In this document: positions 14,470 to 23,772 of the stretch, piece after piece
How the letters are laid out: every line of letters starts with the position of its first letter
How positions within the stretch are numbered: the first letter of the stretch is position 1
Assembly (NCBI RefSeq): GCF_000196655.1
Contig: NC_014253.1
Span: 1,295,423 to 1,319,422 of the forward strand
Origin: Methanohalobium evestigatum Z-7303
GTDB taxonomy: Archaea; Halobacteriota; Methanosarcinia; Methanosarcinales; Methanosarcinaceae
DNA length: 24,000 nt
Direction of reading: 5' to 3'
Position numbers and translations under genes: made by a program
Notes under the pieces: model-generated
The model's database searches: none
What the model was told of the DNA's origin: nothing
The model's input: the letters and a program-made list of their open reading frames with translations, nothing else

Positions 14470-17227
14470 CTTTGATTCTATCTACACCTGTATTGAGTGC
14501 TTCATCAATTCTTGAGGTCTCGGTTCCGCCGCCCTGTGCCATATCAGGACGACCTCCTCCGCCACCACCGACAATGGATGATATCTCTTTGACAACATCA
14601 CCAACATTAATCCCATTATTAACAGCATCTTTGCTTGCTGCTGCAGCTATTTTTACACCATTGTAGTCACTAATAAGCAAAGCAATAGTGCTGTTATTTT
14701 TGACCAGTTCACCTGCCATTTTCTGAAGTTCTTTGCTGTCTGAATCTGGTACTTTTTGGGCAATTATATGGTTACCATCGTGGGTTATAGCATCCTGCAT
14801 CATCTGCTGTACACGGATGTCTGCGAGTTCTTCCTTTAATTTTTCATTTTCTTTTTTGAATTGTTTCCATTCCTCAAAGAAACGTTCGATAGTGTTTGGA
14901 AGGTGTTCCGGTAACACACGTAATGCACCAGAGGAATCCTGTAACGTATCCTCAATCTCCTGCATTGACTTTACAGCTGCCTCACCTGCTGAAAATTCCA
15001 GACGTTCCACTCCATCCTGTATGCGTTCTGATTTTAATATCTTAATAGGTCCTACATAACCGGTATATGAACAATGAGTTCCACCGCATGCTTCTATATC
15101 ATCGCCTACTTTAAGTATACGCAGTTTTTTGCCGGGTGGTACACCTCCCTGGTATACATTCAGACCATATCGTTTTTCCGCGTTATTTCTGTTAACCCAT
15201 TCAGTAACAACACGTTTGTTTTCCATCACTGTTCCATTTGCAATTAATTCTATGCGTTTTATTTCATCTCTTTTTATACGCTTGTAATGTGAAAGGTCAA
15301 GGCGAGCACGGTCTTCAAATTTCTGAGCACCTGCCTGCCAGATATGAGTGCCAAGTACCTTTTTAGCAGCATCGTTTACGATATGTGTTGCAGTGTGATG
15401 TTTTGCATGAGAAGCACGCCGTTCACTATCGATCTTGCAGGTTACAAGGTCACCTTTTCGAAGGCTTATTTCGTTTCCAACGCTATCAATTTCATGTAAT
15501 ACTACATTCTTTATATTCTTGACATCCACTACTTTTGCAGTTTCATCATCCGCTATGATCACGCCTTTGTCTGCGGGTTGACCTCCGCCTTCGGGATAGA
15601 AAAGTGTCCTGTCCAGTACAATATAATTATCAAAAACATCCAGCACGACAGCTTCAAATTCCATACGGTTTGGTTCATTGTAAAACAATAATTTTGTCTG
15701 TGGAAGTTTTGAAATCCTTTCCTCAAACGGAAAACTTGGTTTTTCCTTTTCTTTTGCCATGCTGTGTCTTTCTGCAACAATTGAATAGAAATTGTCAGGA
15801 AGTTCTACTTCAACACCCATATCTGATGCGACATCTTCAGCAATCTCTGGTGGGATTCCATGACTGTCATACATTTCAATTAACTTGTCAAGAGGAATTT
15901 TTTCGTTCTGTTTTTTGTACTGCTTGGCCATTTTCTGAATCATTTTGATTCCGCGATTCAGAGTTTCCTCGAATTTATCCTCTTCATGCTGAATGATATC
16001 CTCTATCAAATCGAAACGGTCTTCAAATTCAGGATATTCCTGAAGTTTATCAATGTGCATACGGATAATGTCAGATATGGAAATATCCATTCCGAGTTCA
16101 CGCATCATACGGGTGGTTCTTCTAAAAACAAGCCTTGCCAGATAACCTGCCTTGACATTGGAAGGCACAACTCCATCACCAAGCATGAACGTGAGGCATC
16201 TGGTATGGTCTGCTATCGCGTAGACCTTCTCAACAGGTTCCATTATGGATGTAAGTTTTTCTATACTTGTCCCGATGCTTTCAGCCACCTGTTTTCGAAG
16301 TTCTTTTAGATTGGCTTTTTCACTTACATCCATCAGACCAGCAAACCGTGCGTTTTGGGAGAGCAGTTCAGAATATTCAGAATCCTCCAACTCATGTTCA
16401 AGGCCTGCGTATTCCATCAATTCGTTGACAATCGAGGGGAAGATAGCATCATAGATAGTCGGTGTGCCTTTAGATGCCCATACAAGTCTTTCAAGACCGT
16501 ATCCTGTATCCACAATGTAATTGTTCATTTTCTCGTAGGGTTCGCCATCAATTATAATGTCGCCATCTTTTGACTGCTTCAAATTCATAAATACAAGAGT
16601 AGCAACTTCGAGTCCTCCGACCAGAGTTTCAAGACACGGTCCAGCGTTACCTCCACCTGCCCATGGCTCTTCTTTATATGTTACAGCAAGTGGGTCTACT
16701 CCAAGAGAATTAAGGAATTCGTCACATAAAGCCACGGTTTCTTCTTTCCAATAGACTTCATTATCCGTTGTATTGAATGCATGGTGTGCCATCATTTCAA
16801 AAAGTGTCAGGTGTCTGCCGCTGCGACCTACTGCATCTAAATCAGATAAGCGGACACACGGCTGAGAAATTGTCAATGGGTTTGCTGGTGGTGGTACCTG
16901 ACCGGATGTGACAAAGGGTTGAAAGTTTGCTATGGATGCGATGGTAAGATGAATATCTTCTCTCCAAACAGCAGTGACTGGGTACCTATTAACACGCGCA
17001 TGGTCTCGTTTTTCAAAAAATTTGAGGAATTGTTCCCTCATTTCGTTCAATTCATACGGTTTTTCAAAAACAGGGTTACCTATAAATGTATACGGGTCGC
17101 ACGGTGCATCTCCACATGTGGTTCTATCAGTGTCCCTTGTCCAGAAGAAACTCTCACATTTGGGACACTGTTTCCGGACAAATCCATTTTCATGGAAAAA
17201 ATTGAGTTGATATTCATCTTCAAGCAT
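14459..17227 (-). CDS. alaS: alanine--tRNA ligase (archaeal type)
   Basis: About 922 aa. It has the archaeal N-terminus MLEDEYQLNFFHENGFVRKQCPKCESFFWT, editing-domain Zn motifs HAKHHTATH and ACGGTHC, and a C-terminal DHHA1-like GGGGGGRPDMAQGGG. I prefer the ATG at 17227 to the GTG at 17236 used by the ORF track. Confidence 0.97.
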   Translation of the reverse strand: MLEDEYQLNFFHENGFVRKQCPKCESFFWTRDTDRTTCGDAPCDPYTFIGNPVFEKPYELNEMREQFLKFFEKRDHARVNRYPVTAVWREDIHLTIASIANFQPFVTSGQVPPPANPLTISQPCVRLSDLDAVGRSGRHLTLFEMMAHHAFNTTDNEVYWKEETVALCDEFLNSLGVDPLAVTYKEEPWAGGGNAGPCLETLVGGLEVATLVFMNLKQSKDGDIIIDGEPYEKMNNYIVDTGYGLERLVWASKGTPTIYDAIFPSIVNELMEYAGLEHELEDSEYSELLSQNARFAGLMDVSEKANLKELRKQVAESIGTSIEKLTSIMEPVEKVYAIADHTRCLTFMLGDGVVPSNVKAGYLARLVFRRTTRMMRELGMDISISDIIRMHIDKLQEYPEFEDRFDLIEDIIQHEEDKFEETLNRGIKMIQKMAKQYKKQNEKIPLDKLIEMYDSHGIPPEIAEDVASDMGVEVELPDNFYSIVAERHSMAKEKEKPSFPFEERISKLPQTKLLFYNEPNRMEFEAVVLDVFDNYIVLDRTLFYPEGGGQPADKGVIIADDETAKVVDVKNIKNVVLHEIDSVGNEISLRKGDLVTCKIDSERRASHAKHHTATHIVNDAAKKVLGTHIWQAGAQKFEDRARLDLSHYKRIKRDEIKRIELIANGTVMENKRVVTEWVNRNNAEKRYGLNVYQGGVPPGKKLRILKVGDDIEACGGTHCSYTGYVGPIKILKSERIQDGVERLEFSAGEAAVKSMQEIEDTLQDSSGALRVLPEHLPNTIERFFEEWKQFKKENEKLKEELADIRVQQMMQDAITHDGNHIIAQKVPDSDSKELQKMAGELVKNNSTIALLISDYNGVKIAAAASKDAVNNGINVGDVVKEISSIVGGGGGGRPDMAQGGGTETSRIDEALNTGVDRIKEQL

Positions 17228-17345
17228 GATAATCACTGATATAAACGATTGTTAGGATTATGTCTGGTAGTTAGCTCACTTATCACATTCCCATGTTTAA
17301 AAGCATTTCTATTGCTCACAGTTTAAAAAGAAATGGAAAATGCAA

Positions 17346-18098
17346 TCACTTTACAACAGGTGATGCACTTTCATCAAACGGGTTCTTTCTCATGGCAAGC
17401 GAGAACAGATATGGGTAGTTGTCTTTCATGTACTCCATATAGTCAAGCCATTCTACAACAAGTTTTCCATATACCCGCTCTATATCTATTCTAAGATGGT
17501 CGAGATCGGATTCAGGAAGATTATCAAGATCTTCTGTCCTGCTGATTAATTCTTCAGTCATATGGAATACCGCTCTTAAAAGTTCGGTAAAAGTTTCATG
17601 TTCCAATAAATTCGGGTTTTCAAGTAACCGCACCAGAAAATCCCGATGTTCTATGAGCATGTTCCGCAGGTGCTTTAAATCTACTCTGTTAATGTCTACT
17701 TCATATTCATAATTTTTCAGCTGGTTTTTCACCTTCATAAAATCAGAATCAGTCCATTCTTTGGTGATTACCAGATTACTTTTTATATCATCAAGATTAG
17801 GGTCCCAGTCAGAGAAATAAGTCAACAATCGAGTACCGACCTCACTAAAAAAAGTACCTATAACCATGTTTAGTTTTTCAAGTCTTTGACGTTTTTCCAT
17901 GTCATACAGTATCTGATGAATAACCATGGTAACAATTAGTACTTCAATGGGTAGGAATGCAAGTTTTGCAACCATGAAATTGAACAAATGATAAGGATCC
18001 TGGAAAATAATGTATTCCAGAGAATAAAAGGCAATTGATGTCAGCAGTAATGTTATACCTAAAATTTTGTACCATCTTGAGATTTGCATTTTTTCCAC
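17346..18098 (-). CDS. membrane-anchored protein (two N-terminal TM helices plus about 170-aa helical cytoplasmic domain), function unknown
   Basis: 247-250 aa, starting at GTG 18098 or ATG 18089 (MQISRWYK..), with a GGAG upstream. TM helices are ILGITLLLTSIAFYSL and LAFLPIEVLIVTMVIHQIL. I recognise no family. Confidence 0.65.
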   Translation of the reverse strand: MEKMQISRWYKILGITLLLTSIAFYSLEYIIFQDPYHLFNFMVAKLAFLPIEVLIVTMVIHQILYDMEKRQRLEKLNMVIGTFFSEVGTRLLTYFSDWDPNLDDIKSNLVITKEWTDSDFMKVKNQLKNYEYEVDINRVDLKHLRNMLIEHRDFLVRLLENPNLLEHETFTELLRAVFHMTEELISRTEDLDNLPESDLDHLRIDIERVYGKLVVEWLDYMEYMKDNYPYLFSLAMRKNPFDESASPVVK

Positions 18099-18129
18099 AA
18101 CTCCTGTAGTATTAGATAACCTACATCTA

Positions 18130-18300
18130 TTAAATGTTTCATACAGTGAACTACCGCTGAGCTAAAGACTCAGCGGCTTCCTGTTTCATCCTTTTCCCTT
18201 ATGGGAACAAGTCCACAGGCTCTACCCCTCATCCCGAAGGTGAAATTAGATTCTGTTTATCCAGTGCGAATTTTTTAATATTAACTGATGCGTTGATGTC
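18130..18300 (-). ncRNA. candidate TnpB omega-RNA (reRNA) scaffold overlapping the tnpB 3' end and right end of the IS
   Basis: The tnpB 3' end and its flank carry stacked hairpins on the minus strand: CCTTCGGG at the stop codon, TTCCC-ataa-GGGAA (complement of 18194-18207), and an 8-bp stem (9 bp with a G-U pair) CCGCTGAG-tctttag-CTCAGCGG (18154-18176). The call rests on the location rule known for IS200/IS605 TnpB guide RNAs. The boundaries are guesses. Confidence 0.35.
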
Positions 18301-19371
18301 TCTATCATGTTCCGTTTTGCAGTCAGGACATTCCCATTCTCTGTCTTTAAGTTCTAAATCCTGATGATAATATCCACATACATGACAGATTTTGCTTGAT
18401 GGGTCGAATCGTCCTATCTTGATAATATTTTTACCGTACCATTCTGCTTTATACTCTAATTTCTGAACAAAACTACTCCATGAAGAATCGGTTATATGCT
18501 GTGCCAGATTATGATTTCTCAGCAGTCCTTTTACATTCAAACATTCCAGTGCTACAGCTTGGTTCTCGCTTATCAGTTTATTACTTAACTTATGCTGGAA
18601 ATCTTCTCTCTGATTAGCAATTTTCTCATGATATTTTGCTATTTGATGTTTCAGTTTCTTGTAATTGTTAGAACCTTTCTTTTTTCTGCTGAGCCTTTTC
18701 TGTAATACCTTCAATCTTTCAATTGAATTTTTCAGGTATCTTGGATTATCGATTTTTTCACCATCGGATGTTACAGCGAAATCCTTGATTCCTACATCGA
18801 CTCCTACTGTATTAACTTCGTAGAATGTCTGTTTTTGTGGTAATTGTTTGTCGTCATCGACTAAAATACTGATATAATATTTTCCTGTCGGTGTTCTTGT
18901 TATAGTCGCAGTCCTTTGTTTACCTTTAAAACTTCTATGGAGCCTGGTTTTTATCCAGCCGATTTTAGGTATGTATACTTTATTATTACCAAAATCGACT
19001 TTATAATACTGAGGAACAGAAAACGATTGTACTGGGTTTTTCTTGGATTTAAACTTTGAGAAACCTGATTTTTCTCTGAAAAACTTGGTGAAAGCATTTT
19101 CCAGATTAAGAGTGGCTCCCTGTAATGATTGTGAGTTAATCTCTTTCAACCATTCATAGTCATCTTTTAATGCTCTTATCTGTTTGTTCAACTCAAATCT
19201 TGATACTGCTTTACCATCCTGTTCATAAGATTTGATTTTGTTTTCCAATGCCCAGTTGTATATGAACCTACAAGCTCCTATATGTTTTGCGATTAACTCC
19301 TGTTGTGTTTGATTTGGATACATACGATACTTGTAGGCTTTTAACATATTACAGTAATTATTATTTGTCAT
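18229..19371 (-). CDS. tnpB: IS200/IS605-family TnpB (RNA-guided RuvC-like endonuclease, OrfB)
   Basis: 380 aa, with a probable true start at the ATG at 19347 (MLKAYKYRMYPN, the typical TnpB N-terminus). RuvC-I VGVDVGIKDFAVTSDG, RuvC-II ALECLNVKGL, Zn ribbon CHVCG...CPDCK and RuvC-III HDRDINASVNI are all intact. Confidence 0.93.
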   Translation of the reverse strand: MTNNNYCNMLKAYKYRMYPNQTQQELIAKHIGACRFIYNWALENKIKSYEQDGKAVSRFELNKQIRALKDDYEWLKEINSQSLQGATLNLENAFTKFFREKSGFSKFKSKKNPVQSFSVPQYYKVDFGNNKVYIPKIGWIKTRLHRSFKGKQRTATITRTPTGKYYISILVDDDKQLPQKQTFYEVNTVGVDVGIKDFAVTSDGEKIDNPRYLKNSIERLKVLQKRLSRKKKGSNNYKKLKHQIAKYHEKIANQREDFQHKLSNKLISENQAVALECLNVKGLLRNHNLAQHITDSSWSSFVQKLEYKAEWYGKNIIKIGRFDPSSKICHVCGYYHQDLELKDREWECPDCKTEHDRDINASVNIKKFALDKQNLISPSG

Positions 19372-19415
19372 TATTATATGTTATGTTAAATGTGATTCAA
19401 GAGTGTATATCGCAT

Positions 19416-19679
19416 TCATCTTCCAGCTTCGCAGGGAGTCTTCTGCGATATTTGGGATAAATCTTTACAGTTGTCACCATTGTTTTTATACAGACTGATT
19501 GTGGATATATTCACATTGTTATCTTTTATCCAGGATTTTTCAATTTTAAAGGTTATTACAGCATCCTCTATATCATTTTCTTTTAAATGACCTTTTGCAT
19601 TTTTGATACTAATAGTTATAGTTTGAGAGATTAACTCGTCTGAATCTGTATCAACAATTACCTCATAATAGCATATCCT
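19416..19679 (-). pseudogene. remnant of a PGF-pre-PGF domain cell-surface protein gene (no start codon, truncated)
   Basis: Hand translation of the minus strand gives RICYYEVIVDTDSDELISQTITISIKNAKGHLKENDIEDAVITFKIEKSWIKDNNVNISTISLYKNNGDNCKDLSQ... It matches my memory of the domain core (..NAVV.F.VEKSWI.D..ID.SSI.L.RY.D.KW..LPT). The ORF is bounded by a stop upstream, has no initiator, and lacks the C-terminal PGF anchor. A possible further fragment lies in another frame, up to about 19760. Confidence 0.4.
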
Positions 19680-19853
19680 TTATCTATTCACCATTAAGGT
19701 AATCAGATTTTAAAAAAGATGGTTTAGGAATTTCCCTGTTAACTATTTTTCCATTTTAGGTATCATTTAATATGTTACCTAATTTGTAAACGGCTGATTC
19801 CAGAGGAGTTACATATGTTCCCAGCACAGAATAACAAGGTTATAAGTTAAACA

Positions 19854-21821
19854 TCAGAAAATCTGTTCAAAATTTTCAACATAGGCACGAAGTATTTCTG
19901 CAACACTCCATGCCTGTGAAACACAACCACCGGGATTATGTGGATAATCTCCATCAAAAACCTCTGATATCGTACCAATACCTGCTTCTTTAAAATGATT
20001 TTCAAATCCAAGCAGTAGAGAACGTGCATATTCTCTGTTTTCAACTGAATCATTGTTAACTTTCAAATAGGCATCAATAAAAGGTCCCATCAACCATGGC
20101 CAAACAGTTCCGTTGTGATAGGCAAAATCCCTCTCATAGGGTCCACCTGAATATATACCCCTGTATTTTTCATCTTCCGGTGAGAGGGTTCTGAGTCCTT
20201 TTGAAGTTAACAGTTTATCTTTAACTTTATCAACAATCATTTTTTCCTTATCATGGGACAGCATTGTATAGGGGAGAGAAACTGCAAAAATTTGGTTTGG
20301 TCGTATGGACGGGTCTTTGTATATTTCTCCATCATCACCTATACTTATACAATCAAAAAGACATCCATTGTTATCGTTCCAGAAAGTATCCACAAAACTG
20401 CTTTTTACTCTATCTGCAGTTTTATCGTATTCTTCGTGAAGCAAACCCAAATTTTCAGCAAGTAATGACGCAGTTTTTAAAGCATTGTACCACAATGCAT
20501 TGATTTCGCAGGTTTTTCCTCTTCTGGGTGTTACTTCTATACCATCAACTTTTGCATCCATCCATGTAAGCTGGCTATCATATTTTATCAAGCTGTCTTT
20601 ATCCATCTGAATATTAAAATAGGTACCACGGATGTAATGATGGATGATTTCTCTAATTGTATTCCAAACATCTCTGATTGTTCCAAGGTCACTGGTATAT
20701 TCAAAATATTTACCAGCAGCATGTATAAACCAGAGAGATGCATCTACTGTATTATAATCGGGATTGTCATTATCTGTATCTGCAAAACGGTTAGGTATCA
20801 GACCATCCTGACAATTGGCGGCAAATCCTTTAAGAATACGGGAAGCTTCATTAAAACGCCCGGTAACAAGAGTTAAACCCGGCAATGATATCATGGCATC
20901 TCTTCCCCAATCAGAGAACCAGTGATACCCTGCTACAATGGATTCAGAATTAGTTGATTTGCGGTTTACGATAAAAGAATCTGCAGTTTTTGATAGCTGG
21001 TTGGGAAAATCCTTTTCAAATATGTATCCGTGTGAATTTGCTCTTTTTATTTCATTTTCATAAATATCTTTAATATCATTCCAGCTTTGATTGGATATTT
21101 CACCATTTGTGGATGCAGCAATGAATATATTATTTTCTCCTTTGCCAAGATTTAATTCAAAAAAACCGGGATTATAATTGTCTTCCTGATATTCAAGTCC
21201 TCTGTAGCGTTCCATATCATATTCCAGATTGTAGTACCAGACATCTTCAGGAGTATATTTTATATTTGAATGTAGGTGGAAAAACTGGTTTTTACCGACA
21301 ATTTTTGTGCCGTATTTAACAGGACTTTGTTCAAATTTAATATCATTTGACCTTGTTGTATAATGAAAATTTCTAAGATTTACAAGTGGGATTAATCTAA
21401 AAACTGTATTGTTATCAGAACAGTTTACCTGATAACTGATGATTGTGGTGTTTTCCCCGTATTGCATAAATATTTGTTTGATGATTTCTGTATTTTCAAC
21501 CTGATAAACAAATGCAGGAAACGGTTTGAATGATACTTCATTCAAGTATTTATATCCTTCAGGATGAACCGTCATAGGATATTTATGAGTTGCAAGCCTG
21601 TATAAGCTACCATTAACATATATTTCTTCATCTACCGAGGAAAGCATGAGGGTTCTGTCAACAGGTGGATTTAAAGCCGAAACCAGAAGCCCATGATAGG
21701 TTCTGGTGTTGGCACCTATTATAGTTGATGAAGCATACCCACCGAGACCATTGGTGACTAACCATTCTTTCTGAATACCCGAACAATAATCAGAAAAATC
21801 CGCTGAATTGAATTTGTACAT
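19854..21821 (-). CDS. archaeal-type glycogen debranching enzyme (amylo-alpha-1,6-glucosidase family)
   Basis: 655 aa. It has the N-terminal signature EWLVTNGLGGYASSTIIGANTRTYHGLLV and the catalytic-domain motif GYHWFSDWGRDAMISLPGL, plus an (alpha/alpha)6-type C-terminal region (GTISEVFDGDYPHNPGGCVSQAWSVAE). The ATG lies 1 nt after the GH15 stop. Confidence 0.9.
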   Translation of the reverse strand: MYKFNSADFSDYCSGIQKEWLVTNGLGGYASSTIIGANTRTYHGLLVSALNPPVDRTLMLSSVDEEIYVNGSLYRLATHKYPMTVHPEGYKYLNEVSFKPFPAFVYQVENTEIIKQIFMQYGENTTIISYQVNCSDNNTVFRLIPLVNLRNFHYTTRSNDIKFEQSPVKYGTKIVGKNQFFHLHSNIKYTPEDVWYYNLEYDMERYRGLEYQEDNYNPGFFELNLGKGENNIFIAASTNGEISNQSWNDIKDIYENEIKRANSHGYIFEKDFPNQLSKTADSFIVNRKSTNSESIVAGYHWFSDWGRDAMISLPGLTLVTGRFNEASRILKGFAANCQDGLIPNRFADTDNDNPDYNTVDASLWFIHAAGKYFEYTSDLGTIRDVWNTIREIIHHYIRGTYFNIQMDKDSLIKYDSQLTWMDAKVDGIEVTPRRGKTCEINALWYNALKTASLLAENLGLLHEEYDKTADRVKSSFVDTFWNDNNGCLFDCISIGDDGEIYKDPSIRPNQIFAVSLPYTMLSHDKEKMIVDKVKDKLLTSKGLRTLSPEDEKYRGIYSGGPYERDFAYHNGTVWPWLMGPFIDAYLKVNNDSVENREYARSLLLGFENHFKEAGIGTISEVFDGDYPHNPGGCVSQAWSVAEILRAYVENFEQIF

Positions 21822-21822
21822 A

Positions 21823-23772
21823 TTAATCCTTCATTGATTTAGATAAAAAATCCAGAAGCTGTAAATTATCGATCATAAGGGAACAGCTCCAACCAAGCGG
21901 TATAACCCATGCAGGATTACCAGTATACTTGTCAACCTGTTCTGGCAATAATCCAGCACTTGTAGTTCCCCTGATTGACCATTTAATATATTCAAGAGCC
22001 TTATCTATCAATTGCTGCTGTTCTGTTTTTTTATTTATTGAAGTTGCAAGAGTGAGAATTGATTTTGACAGCCATAAGGTAGCAACAATCCACGGGTTTC
22101 CACCTATGTAATTATCATTCTCATAACGTTTGATTCCATAATACTCATTGACATTTAATGCCAACTTCTCCTCAACTTTTGCTATCATGGAGTCAATCAT
22201 TTGTTTTTCATCAGGATTTTTAGGATTTAACATGTTAAACGGTACAAATGTACCCAAAATACTAACATCAACTGTTGTATCCAGATTATTGTCAATAATC
22301 CCTTTTGCAAAATACCCCTCATCCAGCCAGAGTTTATCCAGTGTATTCCTTTTTACCTGTTCTGCTCTTTCAGACCATCGTTTTGCAAGACCTAATTCAT
22401 TATATTCTTCTGCCAGATGAGCAGCACTTAAAAGCCCTGCATATATTGAAGCGTTGGTGTAGCTGAAAACACCCTTATAGGTTTCCCATAAATCAATACA
22501 TGGGTCATGCAAACCTTCAGAACTTCGCTTCATCAGGTATTCCGCCCCGTGCAACACTGTCACCCATATTTGGTATAGAAAATCCGCTTTTCTAATCCCA
22601 CCTATCGATTGGTAGTATAGATTTGCCAATTGAAGTGTTGACCCTGTTTCATCTATCTGTGTGGAGTCACTAAAATTACACCATGCAGGAGCTATATTAC
22701 CATCTATCCAGTATCTTTGAAACCATGAACCATCTGAAAACTGTGTTTTTTTGCACCATTTAAGAAAATGTTCGCAGTATTCATAATAACCTGAATTTAA
22801 AAGGGATGTCGCAACCTCTGAAGCATCCCTATTCCAGCAAAATCCATATCCTCCACACATTTCAAAATTAGAATCAAATTCTGGAGCAGCGACAAAGGAA
22901 CCATGTTTTGAATCATTCAAAAGGTTTAAGGTAAGGAGAGAACGGTTGTATGTATCCAGCAATTGTTCCCGGGTTTTATCATTAATGGACAGTCCAGACA
23001 AATTCAATTCTCTCTTACCAGAAAGCCATGTAAAGCAATTGTTTTTGGTTTTTTCATACATATCATCAATAGAATGTGGATATATCTCATGCATCCTTTT
23101 ATAGATCTGGGTCCTTCTTTTGGAAGCACCGATTAACAAAGTAATTTCTGCTGGGTCATCTGCATTAACATCAAGTTCCCAACCTAAAGCACTATTGAGT
23201 TTACCGATATCTTCACGGTTTTTTTGCAGGATTCCGTCTTCCATGTCATATTTGGCATTCATCCACCAGATGGTATCCATCATCTTTCCTACCTGCCAAT
23301 CATCAAAACCCGGTAACCCAACAAGACCGATATGAAAATCCCGCCAGTACTGGACAAATATTTTCTCTTCAGGGTCACAAAAAGCAGAATTTTTTTTCTC
23401 CATTTCTCCTGTGTTGAGATTTAAGTAGTAGAAGAATTTGCCGTGAAAATCTTCATCTGAATAAATCCTGTATTTGCGGATTAAAAAAGGTGCTTCAGGG
23501 TGTATAAAATCAAGGATTGATATTGCCAGACCCGATTCATGGAAAAGTTTGGTTGATACAATATCAGTATCTTTGATATAATCCTGATTTGCAGTCCATT
23601 CTCCACTATTTGTCCACATGAGGCGTTCACCGTCATGAATGCAAGCTACTGATTCCTCGACATTCTGAGCATAATCCTTTCTTGGATAGAAAAACCCGAA
23701 AATTTCCCCTTTACTGCCTATTGTAACAAGAAGATGTTTATTACCAAGAATTACATTTGGTTGTTTAATCAA
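21823..23772 (-). CDS. GH15-family glucoamylase / glucodextranase-like glycoside hydrolase
   Basis: 649 aa with GH15 motifs GYGFCWNRDASEVATSLL, IDLWETYKG (catalytic-acid context) and GGNPWIVATLWL. The start is TTG at 23772. It is the first canonical start after the in-frame stop at 23845-23847, it is preceded by GAGAGGAGA, and it overlaps the V4R stop. Confidence 0.9.
   Translation of the reverse strand: MIKQPNVILGNKHLLVTIGSKGEIFGFFYPRKDYAQNVEESVACIHDGERLMWTNSGEWTANQDYIKDTDIVSTKLFHESGLAISILDFIHPEAPFLIRKYRIYSDEDFHGKFFYYLNLNTGEMEKKNSAFCDPEEKIFVQYWRDFHIGLVGLPGFDDWQVGKMMDTIWWMNAKYDMEDGILQKNREDIGKLNSALGWELDVNADDPAEITLLIGASKRRTQIYKRMHEIYPHSIDDMYEKTKNNCFTWLSGKRELNLSGLSINDKTREQLLDTYNRSLLTLNLLNDSKHGSFVAAPEFDSNFEMCGGYGFCWNRDASEVATSLLNSGYYEYCEHFLKWCKKTQFSDGSWFQRYWIDGNIAPAWCNFSDSTQIDETGSTLQLANLYYQSIGGIRKADFLYQIWVTVLHGAEYLMKRSSEGLHDPCIDLWETYKGVFSYTNASIYAGLLSAAHLAEEYNELGLAKRWSERAEQVKRNTLDKLWLDEGYFAKGIIDNNLDTTVDVSILGTFVPFNMLNPKNPDEKQMIDSMIAKVEEKLALNVNEYYGIKRYENDNYIGGNPWIVATLWLSKSILTLATSINKKTEQQQLIDKALEYIKWSIRGTTSAGLLPEQVDKYTGNPAWVIPLGWSCSLMIDNLQLLDFLSKSMKD

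Larger units (their letters stand above)
18120..19450 (-). mobile_element. TnpB-only IS200/IS605 (IS1341-like) insertion sequence, ends approximate
   Basis: tnpB has no adjacent Y1 transposase (tnpA). Subterminal hairpins occur near both presumed ends (19429-19448 TCGCAG-ggagtctt-CTGCGA; 18154-18176). The element is flanked on one side by a truncated surface-protein remnant. Exact LE/RE cannot be set from a single copy. Confidence 0.55.

Noticed and set aside
14472-17239. Seven or more plus-strand ORFs of 64-114 aa antisense to alaS, and the minus-strand off-frame ORF 15559..15780
   Set aside because: alaS is continuous and motif-rich across the whole interval. The antisense ORFs show no motifs or SDs. 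Long antisense ORFs are expected by chance opposite a 2.8-kb gene.
19372-19853. Search for a tnpA (Y1 HUH transposase) gene next to tnpB
   Set aside because: No ORF with HUH or Y motifs occurs in any frame. The only coding-like signal is the PGF-pre-PGF remnant. The element is therefore called TnpB-only.
19847-20053. 68-aa minus-strand ORF overlapping the 3' end of the debranching-enzyme gene
   Set aside because: It is an out-of-frame overlap entirely within a motif-supported CDS, with no SD and an implausible composition.
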